DNA of 64,000 nucleotides. Source: Eledone cirrhosa (lineage: Eukaryota). This document shows positions 1 through 11,797 of this stretch, in pieces. The first letter of the stretch is position 1. Every line of letters starts with the position of its first letter. The notes beneath the pieces were generated by a model. The model worked only from the letters and a program-made list of their open reading frames with translations. It did not search any database and was not told the origin of the DNA. The stretch covers positions 200,818,001-200,882,000 of the forward strand of contig OZ024742.1 of the NCBI GenBank assembly GCA_964016885.1, in the 5' to 3' direction. The position numbers and the translations under genes are program-made.

Positions 1-1013
1 CTATGTGCCTAGGTTGGGGCGGTGCTTCTATCTGGCAAACTTTAAAGAATTTGTTATCCCATTTTCTATCGTATGCTTTATTCTAATACAAGAACGCCGT
101 TGTGAATGGGACAGAATATAGGCTGTAGTTTGTGTAAGACAAAGGAAAGTGAGATTAGGAAGGAGGGAAAAGCTTGAGGTAACGCTGTGTACTACAAAGG
201 AATAGTTTGAGAGGGGCTTAAGACAAACAACTCTTCGGAATTTAGATAAGCATAAGTATAGAATTCGAATAAGAGAGAACAAGTTAAGCTTTGCTAGAAA
301 TTTAAATACTCCATACGACGAGCTCTCACAGGAAAAAGTTATTTACCATCATCATCACCCGAGGGATTTTTAACAAATGTCTTCCTTTGTGAAAAGAAGT
401 TAAGTATTAAAGGCAGACGTTATTATCGACTACATGCAGCAGAAGACTAGAAGACTAGCCAACCAGCCAGCAACAACAGCAACAGCCCAGAGGGATTACA
501 AACTCCACAATAATATAATATTCAAGTATTATCCATTGAAAATTGCGACTAAAGTATAACGTATGGATTCTAAGTAGTTATTAAGTGGGAAGAAGAAGCT
601 GAAGAAGCTGATGAAATCGAAAATAAAGGGTTTAAAACGTGTTGAAGCTTTTCCATCTGGTCGCCATCTTTAACATAAATGTAGCAACACAAGTATGTGA
701 CAAACGAAGTGGATTTATTATGTTATTATTTATTCTTTTATTCTTTTATTTTAGTCTTTTTCTGGTTTTGGGGTTGCGGCCATGCCGGGGCACAAGTTTC
801 AATGGGGTATTAATCGATAATATTGCCTCCCCTACCCACACTAATACTTTGTCTGGTAAATTGTTTTATCGAAGCTGTAAGGGACAAACATGAGTATCTT
901 TCCCTCAATGTAAGGTCACGTGTCTCTGACTAAAATAGTACAAGATAATTCTGTTCGGCCAAGCCTTACTACACACACACACACACAAACACACACAAGC
1001 AGACACACACACA

Positions 1014-1080
<67 letters not shown>

Positions 1081-1750
1081 ACATATTTATATATATACAT
1101 ACTTTTTTAATATTGAGGTAGCTGAAATTATTTCTGGTAAAGGGATTTCTATGAACTTTCAACCCCAACTTGTGTGCGATATGTGTGTGTGTATGCGTAT
1201 GTATGCATGTGTGTATGTATATATGTATGTGAGTATGCATGTATGTATGCATGTAAGTATATATGTATGTATGTATGATGTATGCACGTATATAAGTATG
1301 AATGTATGTATGCGCAGGAACAAGAAATTATTAGGTTCGGTGTCCGAGCGCGCAGTTACCCCACCGTGAGTGTCAGACCGCTAGTTCCTTTTAGGACATC
1401 ATCCTAGGAAAAGGAAAACTCTGATGTAAAATCTGCGCCACGATGGCAGCCAATGATGTTGATCTGTTCTTCTTTCTGGATACTTGTCACCATTATTCAG
1501 AGTTCGGGATTGTTTAAGTGCAAAATCTTTGTTCAAATAAAAAAAAGAAGAAAACTTAAAGTACAAGCATCACTTGATCTAAACGACTTTCACGTGTGTT
1601 GCATGAACATGGCTTCTTCTTATTTCTTTTGCTGCAGTATATGCTGAAAGAAATCTAAGTATTGGCAGGGCTAAAAAGTCCCTTTTGTGTCACCCATGTG
1701 TGAGAAAAAGTTCAAGGGATGGCAATTCTCAATACCGATATGCAGTCATT

Positions 1751-1883
1751 AGAGGTTAATATTAGAAAAGGCATCTACAGGGCAAGAACTGTTTTATTCG
1801 TATGAAATCATCAGGATTGTCTGATGATTTCATACGAATGAGACAGTTCTAGTACTGTAGATGCCTTTTCTATATAAACCTCT
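1751..1883. repeat. Imperfect fold-back palindrome with a degenerate hammerhead core at its centre
   Basis: AGAAAAGGCATCTACAG...TTCGTATGAAATCATCAG-gattgt-CTGATGATTTCATACGAA...CTGTAGATGCCTTTTCT; the right arm starts at CTGATGA. Confidence 0.65.
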
Positions 1884-2284
1884 GTCTTCACTCTACACAT
1901 GTATTGAGTAACTTATTTACTGTGGGAACCTCCGACTCAAGTCGGGATCAAGACCCCCCCCCCCCCCACATATATATATATATACTAGGAGAAGCGTGTT
2001 ACGTTTATTTTCTCTGTTAAAGCAAGTCCTATCATTCATATCCATCGATGGGTTTCATATTGAGTCTATAGTTTACAACTTCATGCGCTTCCTTGTGCCA
2101 GCGCATTTAGTAACCTCATACAGTGTACTGTTCTAAACCGGATACATACAGAACTTTATGATGGTCCAACCAGATTAAACCCAAATGTAGCGTAACGGAG
2201 ATTGTTATTAGAAGGTCACCGTGAAAAAAGACCTGAAGAAATATCCTAATTTTTGACACGTTTGCACTGACTACTGTAAAATAA

Positions 2285-2455
2285 TTGTTTCTACTTTTGG
2301 CACAAGGCCAGCAATTACCTAGTACATTACTGGTACTTTATTTTATCGACCCCGTATGGATGAAAGGCAAAGTTAACCTCGGCGGGATTGTAAAGGGACG
2401 GAACTTTGCTGGAAAGCATGGTGTCTGACTCTCTACCGATACTGCCAATCCACCG
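2285..2455 (-). mobile_element. tRNA-derived SINE, abundant family (core TTTTATCGACCCCGTAAGGATGAAAGGCAAAG)
   Basis: Near-identical to copies at ~8440, 8657, 16138, 17808, 46212 and 46417. Confidence 0.8.
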
Positions 2456-2637
2456 TAAAATAATATTACTAAGCCAACATTTCCTACTACACAGTCCATA
2501 TTCACCTACGTCAAATCATAAGAATGGTTGTAACACCATACAACTGTCTTCACCATTTTCCATATATCCACAACGCTGCTACACGGCAAAAGTATTTAGC
2601 AGTTAATTTTATGAAGTGGGAAATTATTATAACTGAC

Positions 2638-2957
2638 TGAGGCACTCCGTCGGTTACGACGATGAGTGTTTCAGTTGATCCGATCAAAGGAACAGCCTGC
2701 TCATGAAATTAACTTGCAAGTGGCTCAGCAGTCGATAGACACGCGTACCCTTAACAATGTTCTCAGGGAGATTCAGCGGGGCACAGAATGGTGTTACGAG
2801 ACTGGCTATTCAAACGACAAGTACAACTCATTTTTGCCAGCTCAGTGGCCTGGAGAAACTTGAAATAAAGTGTCTTGCTCAAGGACACAACGTGGCGCCG
2901 GGAATCGAACTCGCAGCCTTACGATTGTAAGCCGAATACCCTAATCACAAAGCCTTC
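2638..2957 (-). mobile_element. tRNA-derived SINE, second family
   Basis: tRNA-like head with B-box (GTTCGATTCC) on the minus strand at ~2900-2955; the GTGTCTTGCTCAAGGACAC segment is shared with 31440. Confidence 0.7.
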
Positions 2958-4040
2958 ATAATGAAATGATATATTTTATCTAATTATATAAATTTACATA
3001 AAACTACGTTTAAGTAGTGCATTCTTCTGAATTCTGCGCCCTAGGCGATTGCCTAGTTGGCCTTAGTGGTACCGTCGGATCTGCGTGAACCCAGTGTACA
3101 GGTAACAAAATAAAATGATAGATTTTGGAACAACACCAGATCTTAACAACATAAGAAACAATGAAACAAATGCTCGAGGGAATGAATGAATGAGTAGATA
3201 GACAACCTTAGTATAGAAATTAGTATTTGGCAACAAGGAAGAGGAATGTCTAGAAGAGAAAAGATAGAATACAAATAGTAAACAGTATTAGAACGACACC
3301 CTTGTTTGGCATGGAATTTCAATATAGCTTTAATTAGAAAGATGAGAGAAGATACTGAAAAGTTTGTTACAAAAGACTAGAAAGTTCTTCGTTTGTTCAT
3401 TTCTTCACATATTCCCCCAATATGGTGGCCTTTTTATTTGAGCCAAAAGGCAGATTTGTATCGGCCGGCGATACGTTAAAGTAAAAATTGATTGTACGAG
3501 CTATTAAGCTAGAAAATGGAGTCAATTGTGGAGCTCTGGCATTAGTTGAGAAAATTTTGAGTAAATAAAAGGTAAAGAAACAGGACAGAGGGGCGTATAT
3601 TAGTGTATATTAGTCTATTGTGAAAGGACAGAGCAAAATTGAAGATTGGTGACGTACGTTAAAACCATGGCAGAAAACCAAATAGGTAAATAAGAGAGAG
3701 CGAGAGAGAGAGAAAGGGGGAGGGTGGTTGAGAAAGATAGAAAGAAAGTGTGTGTGTGTATATATATATATATAGAGAGAGAGGGGGGGGGGCGAGAAAG
3801 GGAGAGAGATTATCAAGCGGATAATCTACTTGTTCAATACCGCAAGTCAGCAAGGGACCCATTACGTGGCCTCTCGATCTACTAAACATAGCAGCTACTT
3901 CAAATATTGAACGAACCTGGTGGTGACTCTGGCATTTTGTTTACTTCCCTGAAGCAAATGGCAGGAAGAAAGGTATATATTTCAAATCTGTGAATGAACA
4001 CCGTTAATTTTCTCCCTCATATCAAGGATTTGAAGACAAT

Positions 4041-4129
4041 TCATTTTCACCTGACGAGATCAGTGATAATCGATCATGGCTACACGATCGATCTATCTCT
4101 TATTGAAACATGTATCGTGATTAAAATGA
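4041..4129 (+). ncRNA. Degenerate type I hammerhead ribozyme motif
   Basis: CTGACGA at 4051; long stem II (ATCGATC...GATCGAT); GAAACATGTA with palindromic ACATGT; TCATTTTCAC can pair with downstream GTGA..AAAATGA with bulges. Confidence 0.45.
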
Positions 4130-4296
4130 TTGGGAATTTATACCATGCCTACGGATCTTTATTTTGATACAAATACTCCGTTTTACATCATCTAGCTGTT
4201 CCCATAAATGGAATTGGAGATATACAAAAGCGTGGTGAACTTAATATTGGTAACAAAAATTTTATTGGACCGTTTGACACAACCAATAATACACCT

Positions 4297-4390
<94 letters not shown>

Positions 4391-5027
4391 GGAGAGAGAA
4401 ATTGATTGACATATAATTAAACGTATCAAACAATCACAGGGGATAAAAGTGTGTAAGCACACATAGCTAGGTATGTAACTAAATAAAGTTTAACTAGAAC
4501 TTCAAAAATAGATACCTTTGATTAATCTTCCTCGTATATATTCCATTAAAGAAATATATTTCACCAATTAATCGATTGGTAAACGACAGTAGCCAGGTCC
4601 TGGATTTTCATATGTTTAATTATATGTCAATCAATTTCTAGTTGCTATAAAATGCTCGGATCTACTCATTAGAATCTTGGAGCATATTTTACGGGTGATC
4701 AGAGTCGACCGTAGTGTTGCCGTATATATTTGTGTTGTTGTTGTTGAATTCATCTGTTAATGAGATGTCGGCCATATTTATATCGTCGATTTTGTCGGGA
4801 TATCTATCGATATTCTCTAAAGTATCTTGATTTAGTTTTATCTGTTTGAGCCACTTTAGTTTCTTGTTAAAGTGCTTGTTAAAGGCCTTAGCAACCTGTA
4901 CCCTACAAGACCAGCAAGAGGCAGACCACCTACCATTACCTCAATGGCCAAGAAAACCCACACAGAAAGATGGAACAGGTGAACCAGAGCCATACGGACC
5001 CCCGAAAACCACGATGAACTGAAGAAA

Positions 5028-6383
5028 ATGATTGCACATGCGGTGAAGGCCAGCATAAAATTAACCCTTAAGGAACATATGTTCAAATTTAATGGAAAAA
5101 CATATGCCCAAGAGGAGGGAGCAGCCATTGGTGTTAGCATTGCAGGTGACATAGCTAACCTATTCATGGTATGGTGGGACAATAGACTTAAACTTAAACT
5201 TAAAGAACAATTAGAAGACAGCAACCCCTTAACCCTGATAATGTACTCCCGCTACGTTGATGATATAAACATCGTAGTAAAACCACCCCCACTAGAGAAC
5301 AGTCAGGAATTAGAGAAAAACACCATGGAAAACATCCAGCAAATAACTAACTCCATCCACCAGAGCATTAGAGTTACTATAGACTACCCAAGCAAACACC
5401 CCAACCATCGATTACCTGTACTAGACACAGAGCTCTGGTTAGATACCATTAATAACAAAAAACAAATCCTCCAATCCCATTATGCCAAACCCATGACTTC
5501 CAAATATCTGATCCACCGAAACTCAGCTGTTTCGGACCATACCAAAATCAACATACTGATTGCGGATTTGGTACGGGTGATGAGAAACGTGTCCCGCATG
5601 TGCAACCCCGAAGAACTAGTGAGACACATACAACACTTCATCCACCGTATGCAGTTCTCTGGTTACAATCAGAGAGATAAAATCAGAGTGTATAGAGGAG
5701 CCAGAACCAAATGGGAAAAAATTGTAAATAATGACACAAATGGGACCTGCCCCTTGTATAGGAGCAAATTTTGGAATAGAATAGAAAGAACTAGGAATAA
5801 GGTTAATAGAATAAACTCATGGTATGATAGCAATAAATACCAGAGTGTAATGTTCATCGACACAACCCCTAGAGATGAATTAGCTTACAAATTTAGAAGG
5901 GCCCTAGATAAACATAAACTCAATATTAAGATAGTAGAAAGACCAGGTACCTCCATAAAAACACATATTAGCAATACATACCCTTTTCAAAGACCTCCCT
6001 GTATAGATAAGAAATGTATAATCTGTAAATTAAGCCCCCATATTAACTGTAAAACTAGAAATGTAGTATATAGCATAAGATGTACTGAAGGACAATGTAG
6101 AGATAAGAATATAGTGGACATTGGTGAGACAGCTCGTAGTATAGGGGAACAGATAAATGAACACTGGCGAGACCTTCAAGATAGTAAAGAATCATCTGTA
6201 CTCTACCAACATGCTAAAATAGAACATAAGGGTAAATTAGAGAACATAGAAATAAAAATAGAATCTACACACAGAAAAGACGCAATGTTTAGACAAATCA
6301 CAGAGGCAATAAACATAAATGAACTCCAACCAAAATTAAATAGAAAACATGAATGGAACAGCAACATCACAACTTACAATTAA
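5028..6383 (+). CDS. PLE reverse transcriptase (C-terminal half) + GIY-YIG endonuclease, N-terminally truncated
   Basis: Motifs FKFNGKTYAQEEGAAIG, SRYVDD, LPVLD, Cys linker (PCIDKKCIICK) and NVVYSIRC...DIGETARS...EH. Confidence 0.9.
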   Translation: MIAHAVKASIKLTLKEHMFKFNGKTYAQEEGAAIGVSIAGDIANLFMVWWDNRLKLKLKEQLEDSNPLTLIMYSRYVDDINIVVKPPPLENSQELEKNTMENIQQITNSIHQSIRVTIDYPSKHPNHRLPVLDTELWLDTINNKKQILQSHYAKPMTSKYLIHRNSAVSDHTKINILIADLVRVMRNVSRMCNPEELVRHIQHFIHRMQFSGYNQRDKIRVYRGARTKWEKIVNNDTNGTCPLYRSKFWNRIERTRNKVNRINSWYDSNKYQSVMFIDTTPRDELAYKFRRALDKHKLNIKIVERPGTSIKTHISNTYPFQRPPCIDKKCIICKLSPHINCKTRNVVYSIRCTEGQCRDKNIVDIGETARSIGEQINEHWRDLQDSKESSVLYQHAKIEHKGKLENIEIKIESTHRKDAMFRQITEAININELQPKLNRKHEWNSNITTYN

Positions 6384-6582
6384 GGACAAAATGAAAACAC
6401 ACACACACATAGAACAAACAACCAACCAGTAACATGTAAATAAACAAATAAATAAATGAACATAAACACACACAGACACCCGGATGTAACACATGCGCAA
6501 ATTAAGCACACAACACACACAAAAACAAGATGGCGTAGGACAGAACAAAGGAGAGACACAAAAATAAAGAAAAGAATCCCCA

Positions 6583-6625
6583 GTGACTGAAGAGGTCACA
6601 GAATGTGTGACGAAAGAACTTTGAC
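6583..6625 (+). ncRNA. Minimal hammerhead motif in PLE pLTR
   Basis: CTGAAGA-G-GTCACA-GAATG-TGTGAC-GAAA-GAACTT; stem I imperfect. Confidence 0.6.
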
Positions 6626-6839
6626 AATATATAAACAATCATCTGTTTGTGGAACCAACCAACCAACCGGAAATTTATAAATTCCTAAATTTATAAATTT
6701 ATTATAATAAATTGAAGTGAAAGCAACTGGTGCGTGTGTTTCTTATTGGCAACATGACCCTCCCCCACCCAAAGTATAACATTATCGGTTTCAACACACA
6801 TTTTCAGATAAAGAATCTTTCTAAACAAATTCAGAAACG

Positions 6840-6892
<53 letters not shown>

Positions 6893-6896
<4 letters not shown>

Positions 6897-7267
6897 ACGC
6901 CGCAGCTCCATTATTATCATATTTACACATATATTTTTTCCATGCTGCCATTCGTGTTTCGTTTGTATCTTTACCCTTTCTAGCAGTCTCTCTCTCTGTT
7001 AGCTACCTCCTCCACTTTCACTCACTCATTCTCTGGCACTACCTCTCCTCCTCCTCTTTCCTCCACCTCCTTCAAGTTTGACCTGTGTGTAATTCTTTTC
7101 TCGCGCGGTCTTGACCAAGCTGGTATGGAATTTTTTTCTCTCTCTCTTTCGTCTGCGACTTCACAAAACTTACGTTTACTGAATTCGTAGAACAGACCCC
7201 TTTATCTTCTTCTTCTTCTTCTTCTTCTTCTTCTTCTTCTTCTTCTTCTTCTTCTTCTTCTTCTTCT

Positions 7268-7314
<47 letters not shown>

Positions 7315-7687
7315 TCTCCTTTTTCTCTCTCTCTCTTTTCCCCCCCGTCAAACTTGGGCGAAATTCTTTTCTTGCTCACATTTCAACCAGGTTTGATGGT
7401 CTTTTGTCTCTTGTTCACGATTTCACAGAGTTTATATTCATAGAGATCTGGGACTTGACTATTTCTACTCACTTTCCGTTGCTAAAACTTTTTTGTTGTT
7501 ACTCTGGCGTCCATCTTTATTTACGTGTCCCAACGACTTTTTTTAGCCGTTGTTCGCTCCAACCCGAGGCATATGGCCCTTAAAGCGATGAAATGCCCAG
7601 GACGGTTGGAGGGTCACTGATGAAGGACTCACTTTTTCATATGTATCCCATTTGCAACGCCGCAGCTCCATTATTATCATATTTACA
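6893..7687. repeat. 760-bp unit with 35-bp terminal direct repeat, flanked by (TA)n
   Basis: TGCAACGCCGCAGCTCCATTATTATCATATTTACA at 6893 and 7653; internal (TTC)n. Confidence 0.65.
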
Positions 7688-7714
7688 TATATATATATAT
7701 ATATATAATATAAT

Positions 7715-7965
7715 ATAACAAAGAAGGCGTGGTAAGGTACCAGGTGGACCATAACGCACCAGAAGTACTCGATACTAAGGTAGTAGAGTGGATAATAGTA
7801 AAAGAGTCAGGACGCCGACGGCTGAGCTCCGGCCATTTCAACGGCTATCTAGCTATCGAAACAACCGGAGCTCAGCCGTCGGGGTCAATTATCCGCTCTA
7901 CTACCCTAAGTATCGAGTACTCTGGTGCGTTATGGTCCACCTGGTACCTTACCACGCCTTCTTTG

Positions 7966-7970
<5 letters not shown>
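7715..7970. mobile_element. Fold-back non-autonomous element in (TA)n (family GTGGTAAGGAACCAGGTGGACCATAACGCACCAGAG)
   Basis: Inverted arms; homologous pieces at ~17543, 21657, 26437 and 42337. Confidence 0.7.
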
Positions 7971-7999
<29 letters not shown>

Positions 8000-8439
8000 G
8001 TATATATATATATGTATATATACATATTCAAATGCACACATGTATATGTATGTATGTATATATATATATATATATATGTTTATATACATATATATGCACA
8101 CACATACAAACCAACACAGGTGGCGTACTGTTATAACTGATGGAGTCTATTAATGTTCCTCGAGGAATTTAGGATTTCCAAACCTAAAAGTGCAATGGTG
8201 AAGAATTATCAATATGTGAACCATTATAAAGAATCTCATGGATCCAGCACCATTTTTCGTAATTCATCTAATGGTGTTTCTCCTTGTGTTTTCACTAGTC
8301 TAAGGCAATGAGTCATGTCACTATTGTATTTGTAGTTACAGTTATTACTGTTGTTGCTACTGTTGTTGTTTTCCTTGTTACTATTATTGTTACTTTTGTT
8401 ATTGTTGACAAGTTGTTGTTATCATAGTAGAAGTAGAGG

Positions 8440-9060
8440 GTGGTGGATTGGCAGTATCAGTAGAGGGTCAGACACCATGCTTTTCAGCATAGAGTTACCG
8501 CCTTTTATGATCTGAGTTAAAATCCCACCAAGGTTAATTTTGCGGTTCATCCTTACGGGGTCGATAAAATAAAGTACCAGTGACGCACTGGGGTCGATTT
8601 AATCGACTTTCCCCTCCCCCAAAATTGCTGGCCTTGTACCTATATAAGAAACCATTGAATTGGCAGTATCGGTAGAGGGTTGGACGCCATGCTTTCTAGC
8701 ATAGTTACGTCCCTTTACGGTCTGAGTTCAAATCCCGCCAAGGTTAACTTTGCCTTTCATCCTTACGGGGTCGATAAAATAAAGAACCAGTAATGTGCTG
8801 GGTTATTTCTGGCCTTGTGCCAAAAGTAGAAACAATTATTATAGTAGAAGTAGTTAGATGTAGTGGCAGTATCGTTAGAGCGTAGGACCATATAGTTCGC
8901 GGCATTTAGTGACGGTCCTTTAAGTTCAAATTCCATGAGGCCAACTTTGTCTTTCATAAAATCAGATTTTGAGAAAATAAATACCTGTTAAGTATTAGGG
9001 TCGATTTAAAAGTATTTTCCGTTGTCGAAATTACTGCCCTTGTGTTAGAAAGAATTATTG
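8440..9060 (+). mobile_element. Cluster of three tandem tRNA-SINE copies (third degenerate)
   Basis: Repeated GGCAGTATC...GAGTTCAAATCCC...GGGGTCGAT at ~8448, ~8661 and ~8865. Confidence 0.75.
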
Positions 9061-9661
9061 TAGTAGTAGCAAAAGTAGCATCAGCAGTAGTAATGTTAGT
9101 AGTAGTAGTAGTGCTAGTATATCTTGTTGTTGGTCTGGTTGTTACTGGAGATACTGTTGAAGTTGTAGCTAAAATTCTTCTCCTTGCAGATGTTATAGTT
9201 GTTTTATGATTGAGCACAGTTAAAACAAGAAGGTTTATATAATCCAAAATATACTCCCATATTATTTGAAAGAGTAGAGTGATATGGCTACTATTTATGG
9301 CTAGTCAAGAAACAACAAAGTGCATCGGCTCCAACACTGATCCTCGAACAAGGTTCGATGTTTCATGTACTTTGTAAAAAATATTGTATAAACCACACTG
9401 TTTGACATGAATTCGGCCATGATATTATTATTATTATTATTATTATTGAATGCTATGGTTGACGGAGGCTCGGCTCTCTGAGGTATTGTAAATTTTGACC
9501 GCTATAACAATTGTAAATTGTTTAAACCTTTAACTAAATTGTAGACAAAAATACCCTCCTCCTCCTGAGAGGAGTCTTTCTGCCCGTTATTTGGCCCTTC
9601 GGGGTTAAATAACCGCTTATTGGGGTTTTGTGCCCAATATTTATTTTAAACAAAAAAAAAC

Positions 9662-11202
9662 ATGGCTACGAAAAAGAATTTTCATAGGTCACTCTCACTC
9701 ATTCCGTCTTCTTCTTCCTCAATCGTCACTACATCAGAGAGAAGATTGTCTCTCTCCCTCCCTTCTCTTTCGCAAGCGACGCCAGAAAAGAAAAAACACG
9801 TGCAAAGCGTGCAATATTTCTCCACGACGACGACGACAACGACGAAACAGGTGTGCGGGAAATACGAAAACACATTTCATTCGTCTGACGTCAGGAATAA
9901 TAGCAGTAGTAGCCGTAATAACAACAGCAACAGTGGCAAGGAAAACAACAGTAGCAGCCGCAACAGCATCAGCAGCAGCATAAACAACAACAGCATTAGC
10001 AGCAACAACAACAGCAGCAGCAGCAGCAACAACAACAACAACCACAGCAACAGCGGCGGCGGCAGTAGTCGTAGTACCTGCAGCAACAACAAAAGTAACA
10101 GCAGCTCTGACGAGAACAACAACAACAACAGCAGCAAAGAAAAACCAATCTCGTTTGCAGGTATCGCAAAGAACCTGGAAACCATCCTCATAACAAATGA
10201 GGAATTAGAGGAAGCGAAGAAGATGGTGACAAAAACCGGACACCGAGCAATCTGCAAGGCAGTCGAAAAATTTTTCGAAACCCAAGAGCACTGTACGGTC
10301 ACGTACCGTACAGCAAGTACAAAATCCCGTAGGGTTGAAAGAGCCACAGAGGCTCAAATACAAAAAGCCTTGGGGTCTGTGTGGCAGCGGAAAACGCACA
10401 TCACCCGAGGCAAGAAATATGCCACTGTAGACGTACTTTTTGCCACACCCCAGGAGGCAAAGGCTCAATCCTTAGTGACCCTAAGGAGAGAGGAAATGGT
10501 GTTGGTGCCCTCCTACTGTGGGCAAAAAATTGTGAGGGTCAAACTGACCCACGTCCCCCCGGGATGGCCCCTTCTTGGCTGGCCGCGTCTGTCCTCGTCG
10601 GAATCGAGGACAAAACAAATGTACTGCAAGTACAGAAAAAAGTAAGAGAAGATTGGGTCGGCACCTCTATTGAGATGTTAATCCAAACCAACCAGGAGTG
10701 CATCGAAGCTATCCCGGATGTGATAGACTTCGATAACGGCACTCAACTGCCCATAAGTGTTGAGGGCAAACGCCCGAAATGCTTTCGCTGTGGATCGAAG
10801 ACTCACCTCAGGGCCTTCTGCAACGAGAAGACCCTGAGAAAGGAGAAAACCCCCCTCCTTCCGAAACCGGCTCCACGGCTACCAGAAACAGGACAAGCGA
10901 CAACCAGGAACGATAGGTCCGTGGCACCCATACCCACGCCACGGAAATCAAAAACAGCAGCAGCAGTGGAAGTATTAACAACAACAACAGCAATACCAAA
11001 TGCAGCTGCAACAGAGACTCCAGTGCAAACATCACCAACAACAACAAGTGAAAGAGTGGAGCTGGTACCCCTCCCCGACCTCACAGAATCAGACATGGAG
11101 TGTGAGGTGGGAGAGGGATGGCAAAAGGTCGTAAGAAGGCACAAACGCAGAAGCAGCGCATCGTCGCCTTCGAAAAGGGAGGAAAGAAATGAAAAAGGGT
11201 AA
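9662..11202 (+). pseudogene. LINE ORF1 (gag-like), frameshifted near 10560
   Basis: ORFs 9662..10645 and 10381..11202; CX2CX4HX4C knuckle CFRCGSKTHLRAFC; N/S-rich N-terminus; homologous to 38629..39520. Confidence 0.8.
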
Positions 11203-11797
11203 AGGCTACTGCAAAGAGACTCATAGCAGCAACACCACCAACACCATCACCACCCACACTAGCAGCACCATCACCACCGGCGACAGCCCCACCGCCAACA
11301 ACAACACCTTCAACACCACCACCACAAGCACCAACATCGCAAACACAACAACAAAACACACACACCCAGCAACAACGACAAGAAAATAGCAGAACCCCCC
11401 CCCCCCCCCCGAAAAACAAATGCACGGCAATAAATACACACAACAAGAAACTAATGACTTAAATAATTGAACACACAGACATTTCACAACACGACGACAT
11501 AATACCAGCACCAATCAAAACGCCAACTAACATAAGACTGCTAAAAATAGCACAGAAACAATACACAAACATTAAAACGAAATTCCCCAACGCAGTTGGT
11601 GATTTCAGAGACCTAGGAGGGACTCTCAACCGAAGAGTATATTCGGACATACTCATAGAAGAGCCGACGACCAGCCGAAGGGACGATTCAACGGTCCCTT
11701 CACCAGACGATCAAGTGAAAAGGGATGGAAAAGCCATCCCTCCTCTACGAAAAGTACGGTAAGTGGTCTTTCCCATCTTTTCCACTCTATTTTAAAC

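Larger units (their letters stand above)
4885..6845 (+). mobile_element. Penelope-like element, 5'-truncated, with 3' pLTR and tail
   Basis: RT + GIY-YIG ORF followed by a hammerhead-like core at 6587 and a tail ending in (TA)n. Confidence 0.9.
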
